Of a stretch of 64,000 bases of DNA, positions 51,791-64,000 are shown in pieces (positions within the stretch are counted from its first letter, which is position 1; every line of letters starts with the position of its first letter). The stretch lies in NCBI RefSeq assembly GCF_036321535.1, contig NC_087454.1, positions 18,166,001 through 18,230,000 of the forward strand. The letters are read 5' to 3'. The position numbers were made by a program, and so were the translations under genes. Under the pieces are notes generated by a model that saw only the letters and a list, made by a program, of their open reading frames with translations, did no database searches and had not been told where the DNA came from. The stretch comes from Camelus dromedarius (lineage: Eukaryota).

Positions 51791-52319
51791 AGAGTACTTA
51801 TTTCAGAAAACATTGGAATTACATCATTTGTAAGCATGTAATTTCTAAGTAGTATAGAGCTAAAGGAAACATATATCCTTCATTATTTATCTTCATAAAG
51901 AGTTAAAAAATTGACCTACAATAGACTGAATGTGGAGTGCATGCTTTGTAAATGTGTGTATATATGTTTATGTGTGTATAATAATACATTAATATATAAG
52001 ATTTAACAAAAACATAATGCATATGTTATTTAAATCTAAACGCAAGTCAAAGTGTAACATGCTGTGAAGGAATATGAGAAGAAATATTCTTTGGGAAGTA
52101 TCAGATGATTTTTCCAAGACAGGTTGTAAATCCAGAGAGCAACTGATTTCATGCTAAAAATGACACATTGTTGGCCAAGATGCTCCCTTCAAATATACTA
52201 AAACAGAGTTCACATTCCTGTAGATAAATTAATATAGTAACTTTCCAAAGAGAATCTTGCAAGACTGGTTAACAAACAATTTCCAAATGCCTGAAATGTG
52301 GTCTTAAAAATACTTGGTA

Positions 52320-52505
52320 GAATAGGGAAACAAGATTATACTGTATAGCACAGGAAAATATACACAAGATCTTATGGTAGCTTACTGAGAAAAAAAGTCT
52401 CAGTTAATATATATATGTTCATGTATGACTGAAAAATTGTGCTCTACACTGGAATTTGACACAACATTGTAAAATGATTATAAATCAATAAAAAAATTAA
52501 AAAAT
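52320..52505 (+). mobile_element. Young 5'-truncated L1 3' end (186 bp) with a 12-bp TSD
   Basis: Near-identical to 37180-37350. TSD aaatacttggta at 52308-52319 and 52506-52517. Confidence 0.92.
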
Positions 52506-52559
52506 AAATACTTGGTAAGCACTATTTGTAACCTACTAACACAGAATCAGGAGTGGGTT

Positions 52560-54250
52560 CCTGGGAAAGAGATTGACAACTGATAGTAACATCCCATTGA
52601 TCATTAGTATCTCAAATAACCCAGTCATTAGGAATGTCCAGGGTGCTTCATTGAGACTGAAGCCACAGGTACAACAGCTGCAGGGCTCCACTCTCAAAAG
52701 GAGTTAAAACTGTCCTCAGAAATGGTCACCTCATCAGAAGAATCAGCAGTTTTTAAAGATCTCATAGGTTTCATTCAGTTCAGGATGGCTAAAATAAATA
52801 CACCAAACAATGTAAATCAATAGAATAGATTGTTTAAAAAGGAGCAAAACTGTCCAGCCCTACAGTTACCTCCGGGATGCCATCCCCTGATCCCTTTGAT
52901 TCAGGAATCACTCATCTTCACATTTCTGCATTTACACAGATCCCACCTTCCCAGCAAACCACATTCCCAAGATATTTCCATACATGCTGGTTCTTGGAGT
53001 CTGCCAGATTAGGTTTTCAAATACACTACAATAATAAAAAGGCAGGGAAAAGTTGAACTATACTACACACAAGCATCAGATCAGAAGTCACCTGCAAAGG
53101 AAAGGGTTGTAGTTGTAAGATGTTCCTCCCTCCTCTGTGACCCTGGTCAGGAGAGAACCCTGGCAAAAAGTAACTGTTGACTATGAGGGTCTTACAGGTA
53201 TTGCTATAAACTGATTACTGATATAGCAATGTTTTTAGAGGACCTGAGCTGATGATGTTCCCACTGTGCTGTTCTGAGGACAAAAGGCCTGGAAGAATCT
53301 ATGAAGTGCTCCAGGGCATAACTCCAGAGGCTAAACCCAAATGGGATAAAATAATCTATCCAAGCCCAGGGTACAATCACTGCAGCCATTCCACAATTGT
53401 TGGTGAGAATTGAGAAGGAAACAGTCCAAATAATTTTGGTGGCAATTTATACCATCTTGTGATCTGTTATAGACAAAAGCATGGACAGTTTGGGAAGGCA
53501 GAGTGTCTAGATACCATTTGAAAACTGTTCCAGAACAATATTGAACTTGTGGGTTTTGGTATCTTAAATGATTTTTTTAATTGTAGCTGGGGACCAGAGA
53601 CCTTTATTACCTGTGATTTACTCTCCCAAAATATACACATCCAAATGCCATTCAAGTGTTTACTTAAAGGAAATAAATCTGTTTTGCAACAGTGCTTTTG
53701 TGTGTCCTTAAGAGCAGAAAAGCAGTTGCTCAGCCAGAACAATAGGCTCTGTGACTTCACGAGACCTTGAGGGTTTCTGCACCAAAGAACGTTCATTGGA
53801 GGGATTTTAAAGTGACCATTAAGGTATAACTATCAGGATGTTGTTGAACAATAATGGTGAGTGGGAAATTTGTCACCATTGAGGGTGAACAGCATTCCAA
53901 AATTTTTTATACTAGTATGTATTATTATCACTATGATGCCAAAATTTTCCAAGTGTTGGTTTCAAGTGTGAATACTGAGAAGCTATCAGGGACATAGAAA
54001 GACTCCTAACCATGTGTATAATTTGCCAAACCATCATTTCCAGTTGCCAAATGACCTCTCTGTTCTAAGATCACGTGTCATGAGCATTACCAGCTTAGGG
54101 GGCTCCAGGCACAGGAGGATGTAGGTTAGCTGTCAGGATAGGGAACTGAGTGGTAATTTACATCTCCACTCTGAAATACAAGTGTGATTACCTGCACTGG
54201 GGTATGTTTTGGGAAAATCTGCATTTACATAAACACTTCTGTGATTTGTG
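52560..54250 (-). mobile_element. Possible very degenerate retroviral pol remnant
   Basis: Only weak, fragmentary minus-strand similarities in pol order (IPKPT, SEDSF..SPAAVV). No intact catalytic motif. Confidence 0.3.
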
Positions 54251-55804
54251 ACATTGTCAAACCTCTAATCGCCGTGGAAATATACACTGTTCATGACATT
54301 AAATATATACAAAACCAGCATTCCTACCCCAAAATAAATGTACACCACAAACTGAGCTTGAGTGGGTATCTAAGGGACAGACTGTCAGATTAAATTTTTC
54401 TGGGATGTTTATATTTATTATTCACAATTCAGAATTGTATGATAGTTATTCCATAATGAGATGGCTATTTGAAAAGTTTAGGCATATACAATTTTTTTAA
54501 TTAATATGCACTATATTTATTCTTTAACTTTTTTCCCAGTGAATTTGAGTGAGCTTCTACAGAACATGGGGTTTCTTGGAAATAAGGGGCTATTTTTCAT
54601 AGTTTTAGAATATGTCACTGAATTCAAATTATACAGGGCCTTTGCAAGATGTGAGATACAAAGGCCTAGACCAATGGATGCCTCAATCAAAGAATTCATA
54701 AAATAGTAGGAGGAGAGTAATCTAAATACATTTTATCCTTTTTTGGGGAGGGACTTCAGTCTCTGCTGGCAGTGTCGTCTCCCTGTGGTTCCCCTTCCTA
54801 AGCCTGGGAATGCTCTGGGGAGGCAAGGCAGAATGTAGGGAAACTGTGCCCTGCCCTCTGGCCTGGGCAGTGCCAGCAGGGAGGAGGCACTTTGCTGCAT
54901 TTCTGTAGGTAAAATGTACAGAATATGCAACAAAACTTGGGTCATATACTATTCAGATTTCATAATGTCCTCAAAAGACACTTTTTAAAAGCAACTAGGT
55001 GGCTCACAAACTTAAAATAATTAACTTCTATACCTCACATCAGTGTTTCTGCTGCTCTGTACTATATAGCACATGAGCACTATTTGCTGTTTCTTACCAG
55101 CTAAGGGCTACCAAGGTCCCTGGCAGCAGTGCATCAGACCCTTCGCTCAGTGAGTCCTACGTACAGCCTTCTCTGAAATGAATGTTATATAATATGACTG
55201 CCACACTGGTGAGGGTACAGTTGGGCCTTAATATCTCAATGGCTTTATTAAAATTAATGTAGCAACTTTTTCTTTAAAGTTTATTTTATCCACAGTTTCC
55301 ATACCTACTTCGATTAAAAAAACTGATAACAGTCAACCTCAACCCATGTATGTTGTAATAGCGCCAAGATCAAATGCACAAATCAATGATATCCCTCTAG
55401 CAACTCTTAGAAAATGATAAAATGTTAGTATTCCTTACAGTGTTCCTGTGGATTGATGGTATTATTTTGGCTGTGCCTTCATGTTATGGATTCACATCTC
55501 TTTTTTGTAAGTAGAAATAGAATACTGTTCTCAAATAGGATTGCAAATAAGAGAAAAATGTGGAGTTTTTAAAAATAATAAATATAATTAAGATGCTCTA
55601 GAAATACTGAATGACCATCTCTAGAAGTTGGAATGACTCCATTAACTTAGATTTGAACACTCACTTTTGTAAGAGAATGAAGTAAGAAAAAAATCCCAAG
55701 ATAACTATCAGGAAAAATTTTGGATGACACATGGGGGACACACACATACATCTAAAGACCTCAGGCATTCAAAGTCCTTGCATTACACTGTCTTCCACCC
55801 ACCA

Positions 55805-56743
55805 TCATCTGGAGTCAGAGTCCTTCCAAAACACCTTCTTCATTGCTGCCTTCACATCCTTGTTCCGCAGTGTGTATATCAGGGGGTTGATCATGGGGGA
55901 AACGACAGTGTAGAAGAGAGCTATGACCTTGCCCTGATCCTGGGAGTAGTTGTTCCTGGGCTGGGCATAAGCATAGATGGCTGTGCCATAGAACAGGGAG
56001 ACCACGGTCAGGTGGGATCCACATGTCCCAAATGCTTTTCTCTGCCCTGCAGCAGACTTCATTCTTAAGATTGCCCTGGCAATCTGAACATAGGAGAACA
56101 TGATTAATGCCACAGGTATGAAAAGAATGAAGACACTGAGAAAGAAGAGCTCAGACTCATTCCTAGTGGTGTCAACACAGGCAAGCTTGAGCAAAGGAGG
56201 GACCTCACAAAAGAAGTGGTCTAATTCATTTCTGCCACAAAGTGGTAAAAGGAAGATGAGCACTGTCTGCAATAAGGAGTTGGCAAAACCAACGAGCCAT
56301 GAAGCAGAAGCCATCAGGGCACAGAGACAAGGGTGCATGATCACTGTGTAGTGAAGGGGCCTGCAAACAGCTGCATAGCGGTCAAATGCCATTACTGCTA
56401 ACAGAATGCATTCTGTACATCCCAACCCCAGAGAGGTGAACAGCTGAACTACACACCCACCGAAGGAGATAGATTTGTCTGCTCCACTGAGATTAACGAG
56501 GAACTGGGGAACAATGCTGGTAGTGTAACACAGGTCCAGGAAGCTTAGGTTGGAAAGGAAAAAGTACATAGGGGTGTGAAGTTGTGGGTCCACATAGGAC
56601 AATGCAATGATGGTTGAGTTTCCCAGCAAAGTGAAGGTGTAGAAAATCAGAAGAACCACAAAGAGGACTAGCTCCAGTTGAGGCCTGTCAGAGAAACCTA
56701 GCAGGATAAACCCGGTGAAAGAACTTCCATTTTTCTGTTCCAT
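55805..56743 (-). CDS. OR2B8: Olfactory receptor OR2B8-like, intact 312 aa
   Basis: Complete OR ORF. The N-terminus [35 protein letters not shown] and the C-terminus [11 protein letters not shown] match recalled human OR2B8P. Acceptor tttgtcttgacAG on the minus strand at 56765-56764. Confidence 0.9.
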   Translation of the reverse strand: MEQKNGSSFTGFILLGFSDRPQLELVLFVVLLIFYTFTLLGNSTIIALSYVDPQLHTPMYFFLSNLSFLDLCYTTSIVPQFLVNLSGADKSISFGGCVVQLFTSLGLGCTECILLAVMAFDRYAAVCRPLHYTVIMHPCLCALMASASWLVGFANSLLQTVLIFLLPLCGRNELDHFFCEVPPLLKLACVDTTRNESELFFLSVFILFIPVALIMFSYVQIARAILRMKSAAGQRKAFGTCGSHLTVVSLFYGTAIYAYAQPRNNYSQDQGKVIALFYTVVSPMINPLIYTLRNKDVKAAMKKVFWKDSDSR

Positions 56744-57669
56744 CCTTTGTTAGCACGTGGGTCCTGTCAAGACAAAGCATCGAACAATTTTTAAAAGGTA
56801 TCTTTAAAAAGAAAGGGACAGTGGGAGAGGATGTGAATTTATCATGTTAAAAGGCAGGGCCATGGAATTTATATACTATTTGAATAAATAATGTACTTTT
56901 TTTTTTTAAATTGACATGTGTCATAACAATTTAGGCAACATTATCAAAAATAGTAATAATGACACTTAATATAGGGAAATCAAATAGTGGGCCTTGTGTC
57001 TGCATCAGTCAAACATTAAAAAGATCTCTCTCAGATTGGGTGTAATAGGATTTAAGGTGCTATGTGAATATAAGTACATTTTAGAGAAAATGGGGATAGG
57101 AGAAAAAGGGAAGGGCAATCAGAAACAATGAAATATGAAAGAGACTCAGATAGGAGGAAAGGTTATTTTAAATATGAATCCCATAATTCTACACACCTAA
57201 ATTTGCACATATTCCACATGCAATAGAACACTAGATAATCTCTAAAATGCATTTAGTAATAGGAATTTATGACCTAGAATGGACTTATACAAAGGACTAA
57301 ATCATATTCAAAACATCACTAAGAGTGCTGCACATAAACATTTTGAGAGAATTGCCTCTCTACTCCTCTAATATATTATATTTGTCGATGCTACCTTCAT
57401 CTTTTTGTATGGTAATAAAACAATTAAATACTCAGACAGAGCCTGAAAATACCACCAGTAAATTATACTGCTTAATTCTTGCCCTCAAGATGCCTCACCT
57501 TACTATACCAATTTAACAAGAACTCCAAAAATTCATCGGCTATATGTAGTCAGTTGAAGTCAGTAGTCCAAAATCCAGTGACCAGACTTACCTTTTCTTT
57601 CTGTTGATGTTATTTTCACATATTACCAACAACAAGACTGCGTGGTACCTTAAAGGAGGTGGATTATTC

Positions 57670-57850
57670 ACTATCAACAAAAACCACTAGGTATAATAAA
57701 TAAGATACACGGATGTAATATACAGTGTATGGAAGACAGCCAATATTTTATAATAACTTTTTATATGAGTATAATCTCTAAATATATAAAATTACTATGT
57801 TGTATACCTGAAGTTATTATAATAACTCAATTTACCTCAATTAAAAAAAA
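57670..57850 (+). mobile_element. L1 3' end with poly-A
   Basis: attactatgttgtatacctgaag...acctcaattaaaaaaaa. Confidence 0.6.
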
Positions 57851-60800
57851 CTCTTACATGAGATGAAGTTGTACAATCCATTTACTGCTTTACAGAATAA
57901 CGTGTAAATTAACAAAAAAGAACGCTGAATATGATTGCAGGTTGAAAAGTAAACTACCAAGCAAAGTTACTTTGCCAACTAAAACAGAATAAAGAAAGTA
58001 GTTGTCTCTGTACAATTATTTCCTACCCACATAGAGAGCACACTGGGACATAATGAGGACACTAATGCCATATTTTCTCTTCTTATTTTAATTTTTTTCT
58101 TTTACATTCATGAAGATTATTACTGTTTGTAACATTGGATATGGGAAATGTCTAGGTACAAGATGCATTATCCCACTGATTCTCAAGAGTACATTCTGCT
58201 GGCCTGGGTCACACTGCTCCCTTTCTACTTTTCTACTCAGCATCCATTTAACATAAAGTTGTCTACACAACCACCAAAGGCAATCTGCCAAAACAACAAA
58301 TATTTTTGGCTCAAGTTAATGAGAAATTTCCATTTCTTTCCCACCACATTTAAAGAATTGTGTAATTTCCCTGGAAGTCATCATCTATGTCATCAATCAT
58401 AAGCATCAGTTGACTAACTGTAGTAAGAAATATTGATCCATATCAGACAACTACATAAATAATAATGACTGGAAATATTAGACACATTCATCCTAGCATC
58501 AAGAACAAAGAATGGTGTCCTAGAGAACCAGCATGATATGACATGACATAGGAAGTCCTGTTATAATTATATACACATATATATAAATTAATACTTGGAT
58601 ACAAAAACAAATATTGAAAAAAGCTAAGTGAGTGTATGTAGAAAAAATTTTAAACAGCTAATATTTTTAAAATAGATTTTATAAAACAAAGATGACATTC
58701 TGTATAACAATTATCAAAAAATAATGTCATGGAAAATGACATCTCACAAAAACACAATGCTACTATATTGATCAACAGAATGGGCATCAAATGAAAGAGG
58801 TTAAATGCTTAGTACTGACACATATCAGGTGGTAGAAGTGAATAGTTTACAATTACAATAATTGTACGATATTCACATATAATTAAAATTTTAGTGGAAA
58901 AATAAGTATTTTAATAAAATTAATCAATATGTATACCATACATTTTTAACACAGGTGATCTCAACATAATGTCTGTTTTTGAGATATTTCAAATATACAA
59001 CATTCACTGATATTTTTTACATACCAATTCTGCTCTATCCAGTTCCTCAATGAATCCTGAAAAAGTGCTGGCACTTATATTTGGGAAGTTTCTGTAGGAA
59101 TTTCAGTTCCTTTTGCCAGCTGACATATACACAAACCAACTTAGCGTTTTGTTTCAAGAATAACTGCAATGGAAAAATAGTCTAATTTGCCAATTCCTAA
59201 AGCAACACAGAGACTAAGTTCCATTCTGCTCACCTTTATTCATCTTATCCGTGGGTCCTAAGCACTTTCCCTACCTCATTTCCAAGTTACTATCTCTAAT
59301 ATGGTACTGGGGATTAGAACTTGGAAATGTAGAATCAGAAAGCAGCTTGTGTGGAGTGAGTGCAAGCATTGCTTATTCTGAAACTTCCCTTAAGCAAGAA
59401 GATGCTTTCTCATGATGACCTCAGATATCTCCAAATGATATTGAAGATCTGCATTCTGTGCAGGTTGTAAGATGAACAAAGGCAATTCCAAAGTCTCAGT
59501 ATAAATCTCCTGAATACAATGACCTGGCCCTATGACACAGAGATCCCTGTGGGCAACAGGACAAGGTGGTATGAAACTGCTCTGTGATTGGGCTGGCACA
59601 CAGAAACAATCAGCCCTGACTGAATTTCTGGAGAATGTTTGTCCTCTACTGTTAATTAGCTGATATCACCAAGCTGTCCAGAGATTCCAGTCCTCAGGGG
59701 AAAAGAATCTCAAGAAGAATACCAGAGGATACCTAATCTCCTCTTTGTTGTGATTCCATGTATTTGACAGAGGACAGAATATTCCCTAGAATTCACAGTC
59801 ACCTTAGCTCTCATCTTTGAATGACTTAGATGTTTACCAACCACCTAAGATTTTTTTCTCACACTTGGAAAAACAATTTTTACATATAAATATATAACAA
59901 ATAAATAAGAATTCATTCAGCTACTTCATTTTAAATGTAAATATGCAAATGATTTTCAGTCACTGTAATTCATAACCAACTTCTACAGGATCATACAGCT
60001 AATAATTGGGCACATTCTAGTCTTTAAGGTGAATATAATGGGCGGCAACCACTACATTTACTACCAAACATTTACTGTGGCTAAGGAAAAAAAATCAAGT
60101 ACTATATACATTGTTCAGTGTATACCCAAAAGTTTTAATTATTTTCTCAAACAATGAAAGGAGAAACTATTAATTTTTAACAAAACTCACATGGTTTGTT
60201 TAAATTCAACTAGTCTTTGCATTTAAGTTTCACATGATTTTGGCTTACCAAGATAGTTACCATGAACTATATAAATTGCTAATGAAAAATGGAAGGAAGT
60301 CGATGGGTATTATATTTGTAGAAGTCAACTTTGAAAATCAGTTAATTACTTGTAAGCATATATCTTTAATTGACAATATAGGCAACAGCGTTGGAAAGCT
60401 TTGGCACTAAACAGCAAATGCAGCCTCAAAAAAAAAAAACAAAAGCCCCTTTTTCCAGGTGGGACCACATTTTGTTTCACAGAAAGAGGTGATTGCTAGT
60501 TAGCAGTATAAGCTAGCTCAGAGAAAGTCATTTAGCTTTGAAGCATCTTTTATTTCATATGTCATTAGTCAGACAAGCAGAGAAAGCTTCTGTGATTCAT
60601 TTATATTCTATAGACAACTCTTCCCCATATATCCATGAATTCCAGGTTTATTTGTAATATTCAGCCTAGAGACATATCTCTTGAAAACATTCTTAGATTA
60701 GAATATTCTGTTATCTCCCTACTAGTTAAATCCCATCATAATATTTATAAGGAGGTTTAGTAAAGACAAACGCTGCTTACGTTGTCCAGAGGAGGCACAG

Positions 60801-60904
60801 AATCCAGACCGCTATTAATGCTTTTCTTTCCAGTTCACCCTTTGGATAGTAACTTGGCTGTTATCTAGTAATGCTGCCTGCAATTTTCACATTCCTACCT
60901 ACAG

Positions 60905-61420
60905 TGTCCTTCACTAAAGTAGTTCTTGGTCATGTGCCCCAAGAGACATGTACAAGAATGCTCATATCAGCATTGTTTGTATTAATCAAAACCTGAAAAC
61001 AATCCAAATGCCCATCCACACTAAAATTGGTAAACTGTGAACTATTCATACAACAGAAGACTGAACATCAACAAATATAGAGAAAATGCAGCTAAACACA
61101 TCAAAACACTCTTTCTCAAAAAATGTTTAGCAAAAGACGCAACTCACAAAATAAGCAATCTCTCTACATATAGTTCTAAAACGGGTAAAACAAACTGCTA
61201 TTTATGAATGCAAACAGGCATGGTAAAACCGTGGTTATAGGCAAAAATCATAACCAACACGAAAAACAACATGAAAAAGCTGAGTATAACAAAGTTAAGA
61301 TCACAGGGGAGAAAAGGGGACGCGATTAGGTAGAGGCTGTCAGAGGCAGTGTCTAGGTTTGAGTTAAGGAGGGAGATATCATGACTATTCACTTTTTAAT
61401 TGCTCTTTAAATTGAATATG
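60905..61420 (+). mobile_element. Old L1 (L1ME-like) 3' region
   Basis: gacatgtacaagaatgctcatatcagcattgtt, ctgaaaacaatccaaatgcccatc, ggtaaaacaaac. Confidence 0.65.
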
Positions 61421-61429
61421 TTTATACAA

Positions 61430-61560
61430 AGAGACAGAGAAGTCAGACCGAGAGAGGGACAGAGAGACAGAAAGAGAGAGGCAGACTGACAGACAGAAAG
61501 ACAGACAGGGACAGAGACAGAGGCACAGAGAGACAGCCACAGGACATAAGGAACACACAT
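61430..61560. repeat. Purine-rich (GA/GACA)n low-complexity repeat
   Basis: Direct. Confidence 0.85.
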
Positions 61561-63159
61561 AGGACAGTTACACCCACATTACGGCCATGTTATAGGACAG
61601 CATAATAGGACAGGAACACCTCTCCACCAGGTTCCAGGACCCCATCCTCTCTGAACAGCTAGAATAGTGAGGACACACTTTTATTTGAAATGTCTAAATT
61701 GCTATTATTCAGTAAATTAATGCACAGGCTACTTCTGGTCTGTGAGTTATTTTCAGCTGTCTGATTCTCTTCCTTAATACTAGTCCTCTATCTGAGATAA
61801 GTAGGAGTAAACGTGCAAACTTCCTAAGAAATGCAACCATCCCTGTATAGCTACCGTGCTTTTGGAAATCTGTAGGTACCACTGATAAATGGATAAAGAG
61901 CCCAAATGGGGAATGTGGAAAAGAAAGGGCTCAGAAAAACAGAGAATTATCCAGAAGACAAATCTAGAAGGAGAAATAACAGGAACTGAGAGAGACTTTA
62001 GATATATACTGAGACTTGAGTTAAATGGAGAACAAAGACATACACTGAAAGTGAAACAGAAGGAAAATGATACGGAAAACACTAAAATGATGGGAAAAGG
62101 GATTCTCAAAAATCAAAAACCTCAGAATGCATTGAAGTAATTACAAGAGAGATACAATATAGTGCCAGACTACAAAGCAAGCATGTTGTTTACTCTATAT
62201 TGAAAAATAATTCACTTCTTCAAGGGATTTTCACATACATGGTCATCTTACCCAAAAGATGGGACATATGGAATATACACATTTATAGTTCCACCAAAAG
62301 TCAAGCAACAAATCTGCTCACTTTCTATTCCATGTAACAGCCAGTCACTTACCCCTCTCCTGTGCAAGATGTGACTCTGGAGGTTCCAATGTAAGCAGAG
62401 TTTCCATGGACTGGAGATGGACACTCCATTATCTTGTAAGGTTCTTGAAAAAGTCTCCCAATCTATTTCATCTTTGTGGGCATTTTCTGGAACCTAAAGA
62501 AAATCAGGTATAGTCAGTCTTGTAGGGAAATGACTGGGAGCACTATAACCCCAAAACATGTGGAAAGAGCCCAGAGATCACAAGCTACATTTTCATCACC
62601 CACTCCCTCCCACTCCTGAAGTAGGCACTTGAATATACATGCACCTACCCATTTGCATAAAAAGCTTCCAGAACTTGGTTTACTGTATCTTATTTCATTA
62701 TTTCACCAAGGAATGATTAGTATTCCAGTTGATGTATATATATAGGAAAACAAAAAATAATATCAATTTCTTTTTGAACAGAAATGAAAATTCATTTTAC
62801 TTTACTCACTTTGACACTAAATCTTTCATTCTTAACTAGTTAAACTATGTAAATTAATGACAGCTTAAATTTGACAATTATAAACACAAAGCTCACAATC
62901 ACACTGAGGAAAACGTTGAATGTACAGCAAGTTGACTAAAACACTGAGAAAAGTTGATTCCCACCTTTTATAACCATTAGTCTCCACCTAGTGAGAGTGA
63001 GAGCTTATTAGAAGGAATGTTTTAAAGAGCTATTTCATAGTTCTTCTTTATAGAAAGAGCATAACTTTGGACTCTGAATATTTAGCTTCACTCTTAGCCC
63101 CATCACTTAGAAGCTGTGTCAGTTCAAGTAAGATTTTAATCTTCTTGTAATATCTAAAA

Positions 63160-63320
63160 CAGCCAAACTCATAGAAACAGAATAGAATGTAGGTTGACAG
63201 GGGCTGGGAGGTGAGAAAATGGGAGATTTTCATCAAAGAGTACAAAATTCTAGCTATGAATTGTTTAAGTTCTGGGGATGTAATTTTTAAAAATGAATTG
63301 TTTTTTAAATATAAATAAAA
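63160..63320 (+). mobile_element. L1 (L1MA/MB-like) 3' end
   Basis: caaactcatagaaacagaatagaatgtaggttgacaggggctgggagg, aagttctggggatgtaat. Confidence 0.65.
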
Positions 63321-64000
63321 ATTTCTATTCAACAGTTTGAATTGTGAAGTGCTTTAGTTAAATTGTATTTAATTTTTGATAGTTGGTATTCTGTACCTGT
63401 TTCAATTTATTTTGTTAACAACCCATCTTCTGTTGGTGTTTGAGTTAGAGCTCCCTCTTCAGATATCTTTGCCGTCTTCAATTCCTCTGTCTCCTCTTCT
63501 TTCTACCCTCTTCCCTTGTTATATCTCAACTCCTTTCAACATGATTGTTCCTTGCATTTCACTTACCTTGTCACCGAGTCCACCATGAAGAGAATGGTTT
63601 CTATGAATTTCCAAACAACATACTTCATATGTATAGGCAAATATTTACAAAACATTGTGCATGTATGCATAAATCTATGTGTTTGTATGGATAACAAGCC
63701 AATCTTCTATAATGAATACCATATAGTATTCTTTCTCTCCTAGTCACTTTACACCTCAGCCCTACAGAAATATTAAGTACACAGTGAACCTAAAAGTTTT
63801 TAAAATGTTGAGGCATTTTAGACTTACTAAGTTGCTGAGGTTTCCAAGAACATTTATTTTTCAAAAATCAAAGTGAGTGTTTTCATTTGAATCCCTTCTG
63901 AGCTCCAATATCTGCCCTGAACTTTTGTCCAGACATCCCCACTTCATACCATCAAAGATTATAAGAGAAATACAAATACTGTCCCTTGAGAAACTGTAGG

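Noticed and set aside
10453-56351. Short ORFs overlapping the OR CDSs in antisense or shifted frames (10453, 10502, 10641, 20366, 28164, 28352, 55724, 55731, 55815, 56100)
   Set aside because: They are by-products of OR codon structure. The same antisense peptides recur at each paralogue and have no independent gene signals.
61391-61402. ACTTTTTAATTG resembling the H/P 13-mer
   Set aside because: It lies in an old L1 tail with no O/E sites nearby. It shows that such matches arise by chance in AT-rich DNA, so the 23.8-kb call rests on the motif cluster rather than the 13-mer alone.
61780-62140. ORFs of 83-109 aa in a purine-rich stretch
   Set aside because: Compositional bias removes stop codons, and there is no homology signal.
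1-64000. CRISPR arrays, operons or other prokaryote-type systems; rRNA/tRNA genes; synthetic inserts
   Set aside because: No regularly spaced repeats, RNA-gene signatures or foreign-looking segments were seen. The window is mammalian OR-cluster DNA.

Overview
This is mammalian genomic DNA, probably camelid, judging by a tRNA-derived SINE and L1 3' ends of camelid type. It covers part of a class II olfactory receptor cluster (family OR2). There are five OR loci: OR2W6-like (+, open frame but with an unusual 2-codon loss in TM4), OR2B6-like (+), OR2W4-like (+), an OR2W2-like pseudogene (+; 2 stops, 2 frameshifts) and OR2B8-like (-). From memory this matches the order of the human 6p22.1 cluster between the HIST1 genes and ZNF165; no database was searched. 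The rest is AT-rich spacer with L1, L2, MIR, MaLR/ERV LTRs, an ERVL pol fossil, a MER2 DNA transposon, microsatellites and one 253-N gap. I see no CRISPR array, RNA gene or novel protein-coding system. The best leads are non-coding: (1) a ~23.6-24.07 kb block dense in homeodomain and O/E (EBF) motifs, with a 12/13 match to the H/P-element 13-mer, which is a candidate OR enhancer (Greek-island type); (2) a ~490-bp inverted duplication bracketing the OR2W4-like gene and carrying a putative 5'UTR exon; (3) an LTR inserted 1 bp after the OR2B6 stop codon; (4) an apparently shifted OR2B6 start codon. Repeat boundaries were placed by eye and are approximate unless target-site duplications (TSDs) are given.
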